Virus record (IMG/VR): IMGVR_UViG_3300043464_001630
Coordinates: 1 to 64,000 of that record
DNA length: 64,000 bases
Direction: 5' to 3' (one strand)
Part shown: positions 18,041 to 30,337 of the stretch, piece by piece
Layout of the letters: each line of letters starts with the position of its first letter
How positions within the stretch are numbered: the stretch's first letter is position 1
The notes under the pieces: generated by a model
Told to the model about the DNA's origin: nothing
What the model saw: the letters and a program-made list of their open reading frames with translations, nothing else
Databases searched by the model: none
Made by a program: the position numbers and the translations under genes

Positions 18041-18815
18041 ATGGAATCCATGCACAGAAACGAAGCTGTCATTGTCGAGAAAGATGGAAGGAAGTACGCA
18101 TTTTTGCCTCTTACCATATTTAACGACATGCCGATAAAGGACAGAGACGAGAAAATTTTAGAACAATTTGGTCTCAAAGATTTGATTTGTAGTAAATCTC
18201 TGTACGAAATCGTTGACGAAAAGAAGCTAATGTTAGCTAAAATCAAATATGAAATTTAATCACGAATGGTTTAGCGAAAGAACGGAAAATTTCTGCTTTT
18301 GGTTATTCGAACTTTTTGTGAATTTTCTTATTTTCTTTATGAAGATAACTGCTAAAATAATGCTCTTCATTTTAGCATGTCAAATGATTTACGTGTTTTT
18401 TAAATGGTGATGGAACTAGAAACAATACAAATTACAGATGAAACCTTAAAAAGATTACATCGCCTTGGCGTGGTAAATTGGTTTGAACTGGGTTTACGAT
18501 TTTCTGAAAAGAATACTTGGAAAGGTGAGTTTTGGATTTTGGATGTAACGAACAAAGAGAAATACTTTTTGGCAAAAATACATTATGGATTTTAAAATCA
18601 ACAAAAGACTTAGAATAAAGATTAACGTTAATAAGTTACTCGAACTGAAAAACGAAACAAATTACGAATATCTTTATCAGTTTTTATCGGAATTTTGTAA
18701 AAATTCGGGCTTGAAAAGAACTTCCGTTCAATTCAAAAACGGCAAGCGACTTTACTATTTCCAAATCCTAGACAAGCATAAATACTTTCTAGCTAAAATT
18801 AATTATGGAATCTGA
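18041..18815 (+). CDS. Three KYG-family small proteins (18041-18259, 18404-18595, 18585-18815)
   Basis: end LMLAKIKYEI, YFLAKIHYGF, YFLAKINYGI. Confidence 0.6.
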
Positions 18816-20743
18816 TCTCGAAGAGAATTATAAAAAGAATGCTTTCATTCATGCCATCAAAACTGGAAAAGTTCCCGCTCGTTCTGGTTTAGGTTCCAGA
18901 CTTTATTTGTTGGCTGGATTCAGTCATGATCGTGTTCCCTACTGTACACTAGAAAATTGTGATTTTCCCAAAGAATATCCAGATAAGACAAATTTAACAA
19001 AACGATTAGCTTATAATAGATATGTTTATAGCATAAAAGAATCATCATTTGATGATGCCATTTCTTCGAAAGACATGCGGAACGTATTTGATAAGTATCT
19101 GAAGGATTATGAAATAATTCATCACTGGAATTATATATTTGTTTATTTCGATCCGACGAATATGCCTTCGTGGGCGGTTCTGGATAATGATTTAAAACTT
19201 AAATATCCGAATAATCATAGAGTTGACAAACGTGGATTTGTGTATTATAAATAGGCGATGTCATATAATTTATCGTCCGCCACTAACAATTCAGCAGCAT
19301 TACAAAATGCATTGAATTCAATTTCTAATATTTCTAATGCTAGTGTTGGTAATGTACCTTTCATTACAAACAACACTTCTACGAATGCATCGTATTCATT
19401 TCCATCGAGTTTATCTCCTGTATTTAAAATGGAATTTTATAAATCAGAAAATGGCGGATTCGTTTTAAATCTTATCAAACCAAATGTAGATACATACTCA
19501 GAAAAAGCTAAATTATTCACTCTAAAGGATGTGGAGAACATCGGAAGAGATATACAGAATATCCTGTTAGTGGAAATTTTAAAACAGTAATTATGCCAAA
19601 ACTTCCTGATGAAACCATTTACATGAAGGTGGATGGTAAGTTCAAAGCAGTCGGAAAAATCTATGACCGTGACACCATCGGTTATGGTAATTATTTTGTA
19701 TATAGTAACAAATACTCAAAAGGTGTAAGAAAAATATCAGCATCACCTGATCCTGACTTTATCGGTTTAGAATCTGCCATAGAAGAATCTCGTGAGAATT
19801 TAGAAAAAGAAATTATAGACATATTCAATAAAACTCGAAATTCAGGAGAATACATTTTTTATTACAAAGTCTGCGATGACATCATTCAAGCAATCCGAAA
19901 AACTTTTCTTGACAAAAAGAAAGAAATGCTTAATATTATAAACAAATGAGAAAAAGTTACATTTGCAGTTGTTGCGGTGGAAAAGATTTAAGCTTCGATG
20001 CTTCTGGAAAGTGGAACGAAGCCAAGCAAGAATTCGAGTTTGAACTGAGTTCTTTTTATTTCATAGAAGAAAATCTCACTTATTGTAATGTTTGCGATAA
20101 CTGGACAGATTTTAAAGAAACAGAAGAGGAATAATTATATGATGCATCGAATCGAATTTCATGGTTACGGCGAAGAGATTATCGTTGGATCTTGTACAGA
20201 AAAAATGTACAAGCACTTCAAAGAAAACGGAATTGACGTTACTGATCACATGTGCGGAAACATGGAAGATGAACTTCCCGAAGAAATCCACGAAGGTTTG
20301 ACAGAAGAAACGAAATACGAGAATGACGAATTTTATCATATTTCGATGCCTCATTTTAATTCGGATGTAATCATGAAGGTTTTCGATGAAAACGAAGTAG
20401 AAGTCTATTCTTCCAGCATGGAGTACAAAACGGGAGATCTCTGGAATAGTGAGTGTATCGAAGAAACTGTTTTTAGTGATTTCGATTCACCCTATATCAT
20501 GGTAGGTCGTGAGTTTTGCAAAGGTTATCAAGCAGAATATATTTTAGAATTGAAAGAAGGAAAAAAATTTGATCCATCTAAACTTACGATTCTCTTCGAA
20601 GATGTGGATGAAATGATCGAAATCATTACAGGACTGAAATATGATGATGTTGAATTAGAATGTACTGGAGAACTTTCTACTATAGGAAAATCCGCCTGTT
20701 GGTTCATTCGTGACACAGAAACAAACGAAGAAACTTATTACTG

Positions 20744-21046
20744 ATGAGTAGCAGACAAGTGATTCTAAACAAAAGTGAAGTTGTGAATTTGTTTTCTAAA
20801 CTAGAAACTGATCACAAATTCAATAACATGGACGAATATATAAATCACATGAAAAATGTTCATGGTTTGTCTCCTTATAAAAAAGATATCAGAAAATGTG
20901 TATACACTTTTTATGGATTAGGAGAAGGCGAAAACAAAATGAATCATTATTCTATCAAGAAAGAAGGTTTATTCACAGAAAGATATCGCTATTATATTGT
21001 TAATAAACAAAAATGGTTTCTCACTAAAATTAATTACGGATTATGA
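20744..21046 (+). CDS. KYG-family small protein
   Basis: ends IVNKQKWFLTKINYGL. Confidence 0.6.
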   Translation: MSSRQVILNKSEVVNLFSKLETDHKFNNMDEYINHMKNVHGLSPYKKDIRKCVYTFYGLGEGENKMNHYSIKKEGLFTERYRYYIVNKQKWFLTKINYGL

Positions 21047-21423
21047 AAAGCGAAAAGACTTCCAATCTAGATATTGATCTGAGTTCTCTAGATAAAGAAC
21101 AGTTGATAACTCTCATTCTTTATGCTCACAAGCGAGATATTACATTCAATCAAGCATTCGTAGAAATCTTGGAGAAAATAGTAGAACACAACGAAAATCA
21201 AAATGGCTAAATTTATACAACTTCCAGTTTACGAGCATCCTTACAGAAAATACTGTCCAGTAGATAAACAATTAATTAATGTCAATTATATTATAAGAGT
21301 GTATAATTCAAACAATTACGAGTATGATAGCGACACGTTTATAGAAACAACTCGTCAATTTAATGTTAACGAGCCGTTAAGAATTGCTCTGAATTATGAT
21401 GAAGTTGTGAAAATCATCAACTC

Positions 21424-21741
21424 GTGAACTTGAAAGATCCAGAAAATACCACACTATTAGTAGTAGGTTGGAATATTGACAGAATTATTTTAAATCTAAA
21501 AACATCTCCGTATCCTGCTGTTTCTTTAAGAAAAATCGGATTAAAGAGTTTAAATTTTAGAAAAAGAAAGCCAAAATTCAAATCAGACATCGCAGTTTCT
21601 TATTTAAAACAAAGAAACGAGGTATTAGATCTTCGAGTAACTACTGATAAAAACGATCCGCTTTACGAATGGTGGTACACAGTCTATGAGATAACAGACA
21701 AACCTAAATTCTTCTTAGCAAGAATTAAACTTGGTTTTTAG
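21424..21741 (+). CDS. KYG-family small protein
   Basis: ends EITDKPKFFLARIKLGF. Confidence 0.6.
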   Translation: MNLKDPENTTLLVVGWNIDRIILNLKTSPYPAVSLRKIGLKSLNFRKRKPKFKSDIAVSYLKQRNEVLDLRVTTDKNDPLYEWWYTVYEITDKPKFFLARIKLGF

Positions 21742-22323
21742 TTATTTCGTCTTCACATCTTCAAATTCCAGAATAGCATTCAACACATCTAACCATGTGT
21801 CGTTTTCGTTTTTTCTGGATTCTTTGATGATTTTGGATAATATATTGTTCTCTTCTAGATTCGTGGATCGGCACATTAACGAATTTGCCATGTAATCCAT
21901 GATTTCGGTTTCGGTTCCGCCACATTCAATAGCCATTTTAATTAAACTTAACTTGGCTATTTCTACGTTTTCTATTGTTGGTTCTTGATCCATACCTACT
22001 ACATATAGTAGATTTTTTCTAACCTGTAATTTATCCAGTAACATTTTGGGTAAATTATGATAATCCTTAGAAAGTAATAAAATTTTGGCATATTCTTTCG
22101 GAATATTCCATTTATAATCTTTATTTTGCACTAGCCAGTCTACGGCTAATTTATAACCTTCTGTGTTATATACGAGATACCATTCTATTTCTTCTATGGT
22201 TGGTATCTTTTCTATTGTGTCAAGGTAAGCTCTTTTGATGTAAAAAGACTCATCTTCGTTTGCGTTTACCTTATTTGTTACTAAGAACGAACAAGCCAGA
22301 AAGAAACAGATAAACTTTCTCAC
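21742..22323 (-). CDS. Secreted DUF1549/DUF1553-like protein
   Basis: Signal peptide; DESFYIKRAYLDTIEKIPTIEEI resembles the DUF1549 motif D..F.RR.YLD..G..PT.EE; TAAATA upstream. Confidence 0.55.
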   Translation of the reverse strand: MRKFICFFLACSFLVTNKVNANEDESFYIKRAYLDTIEKIPTIEEIEWYLVYNTEGYKLAVDWLVQNKDYKWNIPKEYAKILLLSKDYHNLPKMLLDKLQVRKNLLYVVGMDQEPTIENVEIAKLSLIKMAIECGGTETEIMDYMANSLMCRSTNLEENNILSKIIKESRKNENDTWLDVLNAILEFEDVKTK

Positions 22324-23111
22324 CTAAGTATTTATCTTAAAACGGGTTACGGAACTTAAATTCTACCTTTTATCTCTGTGAAAGAAAAAAATTTCTAAAG
22401 AAATCCGAGGGATCTACCGATTACTTCTATGTACGAGTAAACCACCGAAATCACATGAAAAAAGACATCGAAAAAGAAATGACCCGACTTGCCTTCAAAC
22501 TGGCAGAATCTATCATCACACGGAACATTATTGATCACAAAGGTCTAGTTCATAAGAATACTCCATACGTTCAAGACATTGACGAAGAAGTTCTCGCAGA
22601 AGTACCAAAAATGTGGGGTCGTGATGCCGCACTTCATGACATTGAACTTTTCAACGACATTCTCTGTAATGTTATCGAAAAGCGACTGGATTGGTATCAT
22701 GCAGAAGGATTTACAGAAGAACTAGAAGATTGTTATCGTTTCTTCTCAAACGAAGAAATCAAAGAAAAAAACGACGAACTTTACGGAGACGACAACTACA
22801 GTCAGGACTAATATGCACAAAATTCTATTAGAATCTAAAAAGTTTGATAATTATTATGCGATTTTTATTAGCCGCGAATCTAGTTCTTTTTTTGGTGATT
22901 ATCTTTCAACTAAAGAGTGGCGCACCAATTATGGAATACGCATTATTGATGCCGAGTTTCAACAAGATTTGTCGTGCATTTTGATTCCAAATAAACTGGA
23001 TTATAAACTATTCGAAGCCGATCTTTTAAATTTTAAGAGAACACATAAAAATAAAGCGGTAAAGAATTCACAGTTTTGGGGGCAGAATAATGTCGGATAC
23101 GAAAATAAGCA

Positions 23112-23360
23112 TTGGACATTTTTCATATGACAAAAGAAAACACGGTAGTTATCAGAATGGAGAATTTCGATAAGGCTTATAGGAAGTTTTTGATCAACTA
23201 CAGAATCCACCGTTCTACGAAGCAAGTAACGCCTGTAGCGTTCGAGACATACCTTGGCATAGTCCATGTAGCGGATTGGAGAAATGAGGACGTTTTTCGT
23301 GAATATAGAATCGCCAATAAAGAACGGTTCGATTACGGCAAAGTTAAATTCGGATTGTGA
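23112..23360 (+). CDS. Divergent KYG-family small protein
   Basis: ends RIANKERFDYGKVKFGL. Confidence 0.5.
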   Translation: MDIFHMTKENTVVIRMENFDKAYRKFLINYRIHRSTKQVTPVAFETYLGIVHVADWRNEDVFREYRIANKERFDYGKVKFGL

Positions 23361-23437
23361 ATAAGAAACTTATCCAATAAAATCACGAGTTTATTAAATT
23401 TGCGATTTTCTGATAAACTTTTGTTTTTAAAATTTGC

Positions 23438-23466
23438 TTGACATAGTTATTTTAATAATGTATAAT
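23438..23466 (+). promoter_or_regulatory. Perfect consensus sigma70 promoter before very AT-rich ORF 23486
   Basis: TTGACA-N17-TATAAT with TG extension. Confidence 0.8.
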
Positions 23467-23752
23467 ACATTTATTAGTAATTAAAATGTTTAATTTAACT
23501 TTATTAAAAGATATTAATCTAACAAAAGAAGGTTTAATAGTAAATTATGGTACAGTAGAACAAACTAATATTAAAGTAGATATTATTATAAGTGACAATA
23601 CATTAAAGTTATCTTATTACGATATTAATGGTATTTACAATGTAAATAAAACATCATTACATAAATACACATTTTTACGTAAATTCGGCAGTGATGAAAT
23701 TATTGGAATATTACCACTTGACAGTGATTGGTACTTATGTTGGTGACATTAT

Positions 23753-24192
23753 ATGTTTGTAAGACTTACAGAAAAAAGTTTGCTGAAAATGATCGAAGTT
23801 TATTCTAGTGATGAAGCTTTAGGAATAAAATATGATTGCGGAGTTGAACATTATGAAATAATCGACGAGAAAGTGTTCTTTTTGGCAGTGATTACTCACG
23901 AACTAGAATTCAGCGAAATTTATTACGAATCTAGAAGATGGAAACCGATTAATTCTTAAAAATGTTTATTAAGCTCACCTACAGAGGGCTTTGGGCAATG
24001 GTGAAAACGAACAGAAGTCCAGCAGCATTTGGACTGGAGTATGACAATGAAATTTTACATTACAAAGTTGTTGACGAGCCGTTGTTTTTCTTATCTGTTC
24101 TTAAACTCGATATAGAGTTCGATGTAGTAACCAAAGAATCCAGAGCAGCAGTTCAGCGAGAAATTCTCGAACAATTTTATAGACAAACCTAA
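23753..24192 (+). CDS. Two KYG-family proteins, extended subtype (23753-23959, 23962-24192)
   Basis: MF(V/I)(R/K)LT...IIDEKVFFLAVITHELEF / VVDEPLFFLSVLKLDIEF. Confidence 0.6.
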
Positions 24193-24367
24193 AAAAGGTG
24201 TGCTACATTGCTAACACCTTCGAAGTTCTCCTCTGAACACAGAGACAGAAAGAAAAAGGGAAAAAAAACTAAAGTCGGTCAGAAAAAAGCCGATTAGTAT
24301 GTACGCCAGTGAAAACTGGTAGCAGCAAAACAAAAAACAAAAACAAAGAAAACAGAAAGACAACGAT

Positions 24368-25378
24368 ATGCACGGACTAACACAACGCGAAGACGGACGG
24401 ACTGAATTTTTCAGCGCAGTCACACGCGGATATCATCAACTGGGTCAGCTCAGTGATCGTCAGTTGACAGCAGAAGAGGCGATCAAGGAATCGCTTCTAA
24501 ACTGGGAAGTCGAGCAGGTTCCGGTCTATCACCGTAATCCAGTAGACGAAGAACTCATGGAAGTTCCTGATCAGTTCCTCGTTCGTAGGACTGACAACTA
24601 CAATCCGCTGAAAGTTATGAGTGCTCGCTACACGCCGATTCAGAATCTCGAAGCATTCACATTCTTCGACGAAATTATTGGTTCTGGTCGAGCATGTTGG
24701 GACACTGCTGGTTCTTTGAAAGGTGGTCGTATTGTTTTCATGCAGGCTGAGTTGGAAGGATCATTGTTTTTGAATTCCAATCCAGATGACAAGACAGTAA
24801 AGAAGATTTTGTTCTTTACAAGTCACGATGGATCGAAAGCTTTGACAGGGCTTCTAACTCCATACCGCACAATTTGCGAAAATTCGTTTAACGCGGCTTT
24901 GCGAAATAATACAAATTGTTTCAAGATTTATCATCGCAAGAACTTCGCAGAAAAGAAGCACGAAGCATCTAAGGTTCTTGGATTTGCAAATGCGTTTTAC
25001 GATGATCTCCAACACGTTATGAATCAGTTTGCTGAAGAAGAAGTATCCAAGTCTTATGTCGAAGGATTCATAAATACTCTAGTTCCCGCTGAGTTGAATC
25101 CAGAAACTGGTCGTATTTCGACTCGTACCAGTAATCGTCGAAATGACATTGCAACCTTGTTTACTTCTGGTAAGGGTAACAACGGACGCACCAAGTGGGA
25201 TCTGTTCAATGCAGTCACTGAATATGTTGATCATCATCAAGGTGGTCGTCTCACCGAATCCCGTAAGAACCGTTCAGAGGAAGGAGTTTCCATCGAAGCA
25301 GAAGCACGTTTCGAACGAGCGATCCTTGGATCAGGTGCTCGAATGAAGCAAGAAGCAATGAACCTCTTGCTCAACTAA
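24368..25378 (+). CDS. DUF932/DUF945 phage-plasmid protein
   Basis: LNWEV, YTPIQN, TAGSLKGG, SHDGS, RTICEN, TKWDLFNAVTEYVDH. Confidence 0.85.
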   Translation: MHGLTQREDGRTEFFSAVTRGYHQLGQLSDRQLTAEEAIKESLLNWEVEQVPVYHRNPVDEELMEVPDQFLVRRTDNYNPLKVMSARYTPIQNLEAFTFFDEIIGSGRACWDTAGSLKGGRIVFMQAELEGSLFLNSNPDDKTVKKILFFTSHDGSKALTGLLTPYRTICENSFNAALRNNTNCFKIYHRKNFAEKKHEASKVLGFANAFYDDLQHVMNQFAEEEVSKSYVEGFINTLVPAELNPETGRISTRTSNRRNDIATLFTSGKGNNGRTKWDLFNAVTEYVDHHQGGRLTESRKNRSEEGVSIEAEARFERAILGSGARMKQEAMNLLLN

Positions 25379-25387
25379 AAATCCCTT

Positions 25388-25422
25388 AAAGGAGGGATTC
25401 CGTAAAAAAGAATCCCTCCTTT
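25388..25422 (+). terminator. Intrinsic terminator
   Basis: AAAGGAGGGATTC / GAATCCCTCCTTT. Confidence 0.7.
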
Positions 25423-26230
25423 ATAAACACAAAAACAAACCCAACAAACAATTAAATTAGTCTAATTATGAACGCAAACATCAATACCGAAATCCAGCAG
25501 AATCCTCAGTACAAGATTGGTTATCATACAGCAATGGACGAAGTTCGTTATATTGTAGATAATCTTATGCGTGAACAAGAAAAAACAGAACTTGGAGTTG
25601 CGATTCGAGGTGTATTGAATAAGGTTTCTATTCGTGTCAAAGCTCTTGAAGTTGAACAAGGCTAAGAATGAAAGAAAAAGAAACCGAAAAAGAACCACCG
25701 TCAAAGATGACGCTCGAACAAGCAACTGTTTATCTTAAAAAGTTGGGTGAATGGGAAAATTCTTGGAAGTTTGATAGAGATACTATTATTAAGTGGGCAG
25801 AGTTTTTGAAGAGCAAGAACGCAAAGTGACATGACTAAGTATATTTTAATTGCTAGTTTAATTGGAGTTACTGCACTTTTAGCAGTACAAGAAAAAAGTG
25901 TAGTAAAGCAGAAACCAGAATATCCAAAAGTAATTCTAAATTCGCCTGATTCTTCACAAAGAATTATGACTGAATGTCCTAGGAATCTTCCTAAGAGTTA
26001 CGAATCCGTCTTCGCGGAAGATGGACAAACTCCAGAAATGGCAAAGCATTGTCCAAAATGTAGCATCGGAGTATATTCTCTACATGAGAATGAAGAGTTC
26101 GCAAGATGCACTTGGTGCGGTGACAAGGAAAAATAAAGAGTAATTTGGTGCAAAAAAGATCGGGAGAACCTAAAAAAAGACTAATGGTTCTCCCGATTTT
26201 GCCGATATATAGGTAGGTCAAAAAACTACC

Positions 26231-26707
26231 ATGCGTACTCAAGCCGCTTCTACCGTCGCAGAGATTGTCATTCGTAAAATGGCACATGAATTGATGGGTC
26301 ATTACAATCTATCACAAACTGGTTGGGAGTTTTATTTCAACGACAACCGCTCCAGACTGGGAGTTTGTAAAGATTATAATAAATCTATCGAGTTGAGCGT
26401 TTGGCATGTTAATAACAGTCCTTTTGAATCAGTAAAAAATACTTTACTGCATGAAATAGCACATGCTATCGTTGGTTGTGGTCATCAGCACAATCATGTT
26501 TGGCGTAGAAAAGCAATAGAAATCGGTTGTGACGGTGAACGGTGCGGTACAATGAATGCTCCGTACAAATATACTGCAATCTGTTCTAACTGCGAAACCA
26601 CATATCAAACCAACAGAGCATCAAATAAAGCTTGTGGTAGGTGCTGTAAAAAGTTTAACTCAGGCAGATATTCATCTGAATACAAATTTATCTTTAACAG
26701 AAACTAA
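26231..26707 (+). CDS. SprT-like zinc metalloprotease
   Basis: LLHEIAHA...HNHVW...IGC, C-terminal CxxC pairs. Confidence 0.85.
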   Translation: MRTQAASTVAEIVIRKMAHELMGHYNLSQTGWEFYFNDNRSRLGVCKDYNKSIELSVWHVNNSPFESVKNTLLHEIAHAIVGCGHQHNHVWRRKAIEIGCDGERCGTMNAPYKYTAICSNCETTYQTNRASNKACGRCCKKFNSGRYSSEYKFIFNRN

Positions 26708-26708
26708 A

Positions 26709-27458
26709 ATGAAATTTCAACACAAACTTCTTGTCATTCCAGACATTCATACTCATTATGAAAAAGCTGAACGTATTATTCAGAAGTTTAATAAAACCCA
26801 TAAGTTTATATTTCTGGGTGATTACTTCGATCAGTTTGGCGATACACCAGAAATTAATAGCGATACAGCTCATTGGCTTAAAGTGACAATGAATAGTTAT
26901 CCTGATTGGGTATACATACTTGGGAATCATGATTTGTCTTACATGCCGCAGTTTTCCTTAATGTGCAGTGGTTTTTCTACACAAAAGAAAACGGCTATTA
27001 ATGAAGTCTTGTTAATAGAAGATTGGAATAAACTAAAATATTTTCATTTCGAAAATGATCATTGGTTTTCACATGCTGGTATTACGAAGCATTGGTTTCA
27101 ACATCCGATGCGAGAAAAGATTTCGGTTGACAACGTACAAAGAATCATCGACGATGCGGTAATTAAGTTAAAAACTGGTGATGATGATAATGCGATCTGG
27201 GCGGCATCTTCAAGGAGAGGTGGAAGTAGTCCAGTCGGATCAATCGTTTGGCATGATTGGAGCGAACTTGAACTCATTCCCGAAATGTCTCAAGTAGTAG
27301 GACATAGTCCAGTTTCAAGAATTATTACGATTTCGGACGATAACACAAAATCTTCTATCACAAATGTTGACACAAGTGCATCAAGAGTGTACATGACCGA
27401 ACTATTAGAGATTGATGAGAACGGAAAGCGCAAAAAAATCGACACAAGTTTCATTTAA
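26709..27458 (+). CDS. Calcineurin-like metallophosphoesterase
   Basis: PDIH, GDYFD, GNHD, SHAG, VGHS; start ATG 26709. Confidence 0.9.
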   Translation: MKFQHKLLVIPDIHTHYEKAERIIQKFNKTHKFIFLGDYFDQFGDTPEINSDTAHWLKVTMNSYPDWVYILGNHDLSYMPQFSLMCSGFSTQKKTAINEVLLIEDWNKLKYFHFENDHWFSHAGITKHWFQHPMREKISVDNVQRIIDDAVIKLKTGDDDNAIWAASSRRGGSSPVGSIVWHDWSELELIPEMSQVVGHSPVSRIITISDDNTKSSITNVDTSASRVYMTELLEIDENGKRKKIDTSFI

Positions 27459-28235
27459 AGCTAAAGTGCCACACAGAATCTGCCGATTACTTAGTACCAT
27501 GAATAAAACCGAATGTCTTGATCTGCTGGAAAATGTTCTGAAGAACATCGAAAACCACAATTGGGAAGCACAAGTGGAAGACAGTAGTTTTCTTTTGGAT
27601 CACGAAGATTTGAAAGGTTATCTAGCTGACTTTGATCTACCAGAAGCAAAGATGAACAAGAATGTTTGTGTCGGTCTTCCGAAAGATTGGTTGCCTAATG
27701 TTTCTATTGAGTCGGAAGATTATGCAGAAGTATTAGAAAAGTACGAAGATGTTTATCATTTCCTTCGTACAGAAGCTTCAAGAGAAGTAGAAGCTCTTAA
27801 TTATATGGATGAATGTGACGAGAAAGATATGAACAATCAATTTTTTAGTGATTGCGGTGTGTACTAAAACAAACAAATAAACAACAAAATTATTAATATT
27901 ATGACAAAATATATCATTTCCAACGATCTAGATTCACGCGAAAAGTACACGTTTACTGCCGCAACGGAATTGGATAATCCATTCGAACTCGCTCTAGAAA
28001 CACTTGGTTATCATCTGAATCACAAAACCGATGACGGTAATGTACACGAATATGTATTGATCGAAAACGAAACTCGTAAGTCTTCATATCAATTCATGGA
28101 ATATATGTACTACCGTGCTTGTTTCGAGGCACTTAGCGAATTGGGATATTCTTGTGAGAAGGAGGAAGATTACTTTGAAATCGAAAAACAAAGATTTTTG
28201 AAAGCAAGTAATATTGTTCCGTTCGAATTGTAAGA

Positions 28236-28694
28236 ATGATAACGGAAAGTTATCTCCAGTTGTGCGATGATTTATTCAAAAAATATAAGTTGCACAACTG
28301 GAGTTGCTCGATAAACCGAGAGCATAACGAATGGTCTGCTATCTGTAGACATTCATCTAAAAGAATAGAACTGTCTCATTATCTTTTTCGTTGCAGTAAC
28401 GAATACATTATTGATACAATCTTACATGAAGTTGCTCATGCTATTGCTGGATATGATGCGAAACACGGATCAACTTGGCTAAAGATAGCAAAAGAAATCG
28501 GATGCTCTGGAGAAATTCATGGATATAATATTTTTGAAAAATATCTGGCAATTTGTGGATCATGTGGCTACCATCACACACGAAACGATCTGCCGAATCA
28601 TAAACTTTCTTGCGTTTTTTGTTGCGAAAAATTCTCGAATGGTTCGTATGATTCAAAATTTAGGTTAAACTACAAAACAAACACAAACAAATAA
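28236..28694 (+). CDS. SprT-like zinc metalloprotease (paralog of 26231)
   Basis: ILHEVAHA...HGSTW...IGC, CxxC. Confidence 0.85.
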   Translation: MITESYLQLCDDLFKKYKLHNWSCSINREHNEWSAICRHSSKRIELSHYLFRCSNEYIIDTILHEVAHAIAGYDAKHGSTWLKIAKEIGCSGEIHGYNIFEKYLAICGSCGYHHTRNDLPNHKLSCVFCCEKFSNGSYDSKFRLNYKTNTNK

Positions 28695-28695
28695 A

Positions 28696-29574
28696 ATGAA
28701 CAAAACCACTAATAAACCAAATAACTTCGATAACTTCTTCCAATCATTGCCGATGGATATTTTCAATCGAAATGATAATAACAACTGGCTAATTAGCAGT
28801 ACGCCAAAGAGCAGGTTAGTGACTATTACTCCTCAATTAGGCGAAGAACTTATTAGCAGAAATATCGGAAACCGTAATCTTAGTCTTGGTGAAGTTTCCA
28901 AGCTGAGAGAAGAAATTCGTAGAGGTAATTTCGTGACAACTGGTCAAGGGCTAAGTGTAAACACGCAAGGAATTCTTGTAGATGGACAGCATCGTCTATA
29001 TGCTCTAAAGGCTGAAGGTTGGCCGAATGTAAAGATGTTTGTGATGACTGGTATTGCTGATGAAGCAAAGATGTACTTTGATCAACATCGCATCAGGCGC
29101 GAAAAAGATATCTTTGACATCGAACATCCTTCTGCAAAGGTTAAGAGTCGGTTCTTTTCTGTACTAAATTATATTATTCAGTACAATAATAAGTGGAACC
29201 GCATAGGTAGGACGAAGCTTGTCAACTCAGAAAAGAAAGAAATGATTCCAATCTACAAAAATGAGATTGACAACGTAGTAGATATTGGCTCCCCGAAGGC
29301 ATTCTTTGCTTCTCCGCATTATGCTGGCTTTGTTGTAGTTGCACACGAAACTGGTCGGTTATCAGAAGTTTGTGATTTTGTCAAACAAGTAGCAGATGGA
29401 ATCAACCTTACGGACAAGATGCCAGCGTATCACCTTCGTAACTTCGTTTCAATGCAACGCGGAGGAAGCGGTTCGAATATTCATCAAGAACGAATGATGA
29501 AATCTATCGCAGCTACAAGAGCATTTCTTGACAAGAAGGAGATGAAGCTTTTGCGAGCTTCGTACAGTATTTAA
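28696..29574 (+). CDS. ParB/Srx-like N-terminal domain protein
   Basis: NRNL...LVDGQHRLYA. Confidence 0.65.
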   Translation: MNKTTNKPNNFDNFFQSLPMDIFNRNDNNNWLISSTPKSRLVTITPQLGEELISRNIGNRNLSLGEVSKLREEIRRGNFVTTGQGLSVNTQGILVDGQHRLYALKAEGWPNVKMFVMTGIADEAKMYFDQHRIRREKDIFDIEHPSAKVKSRFFSVLNYIIQYNNKWNRIGRTKLVNSEKKEMIPIYKNEIDNVVDIGSPKAFFASPHYAGFVVVAHETGRLSEVCDFVKQVADGINLTDKMPAYHLRNFVSMQRGGSGSNIHQERMMKSIAATRAFLDKKEMKLLRASYSI

Positions 29575-29671
29575 GTCTTTGATTTGCAGTAGTTTACTAG
29601 GAGAGTGATTTTATTTTCACTCTCCTAGTATTTTTTCCTAAAGTTCTTCTAGGAACTGCCGATTAACTCTT

Positions 29672-30010
29672 ATGAGAAAATTATTGTTCTTGTTCCTTCT
29701 CTTCCCTGTGGTTTCTGAAGCTTCTTATACACAGGTCGGAATTGCTTCTTGGTACGGAAAGGAAAACACAAAATCTTCTACTGGTAAGAAGCTATCGAAA
29801 CATCTTCCAGCGGTGGCTCATAAAACCCTTCCTATGGGCTCGAAGGTGAAAATCACCTCTCACCGCACCAAGAAGAGTGTAGTGGCCGTGGTGGAGGATA
29901 GAGGCCCTTACACAAAAGGACGCATCGTTGACTTGAACATCGTAGCAGCTAAAAAGCTAGGCATCACAAAATCTGGAATTGCAAAGGTGACTCTAGAAAA
30001 AATTAACTAA
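29672..30010 (+). CDS. rlpA: RlpA-like (DPBB) lytic transglycosylase
   Basis: Signal peptide; GIASWYG, AHKTLPMG, EDRGPY..GRIVDL. Confidence 0.9.
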   Translation: MRKLLFLFLLFPVVSEASYTQVGIASWYGKENTKSSTGKKLSKHLPAVAHKTLPMGSKVKITSHRTKKSVVAVVEDRGPYTKGRIVDLNIVAAKKLGITKSGIAKVTLEKIN

Positions 30011-30337
30011 AGTTCCGCAAAAAACTGCCGATATATAGTGTAGTCGGTCGAACCACTAAAAACCTAAAATTATGAGCGAAAAATATAAAGCTTCTTACTA
30101 CCGCACCTCCCAATATTCTTCCTATGAAGAGGCAGAGAAAAATGGTGGAGTGAACTACTGGTGCGAAACTTACGGATACGCTTCCACGATGGATAGTCTC
30201 ACGAATGTCAGGAATATTCTGGATTGTTGTGATCCAGAACTGAAGAAAGAGTTTCGCTTTATCTGGAATATCGACGGAGTGAATTATCCCGAATGTTCAT
30301 TCGCAGAATCTTATGATCTTTTGGATCGAAGCTGTAA

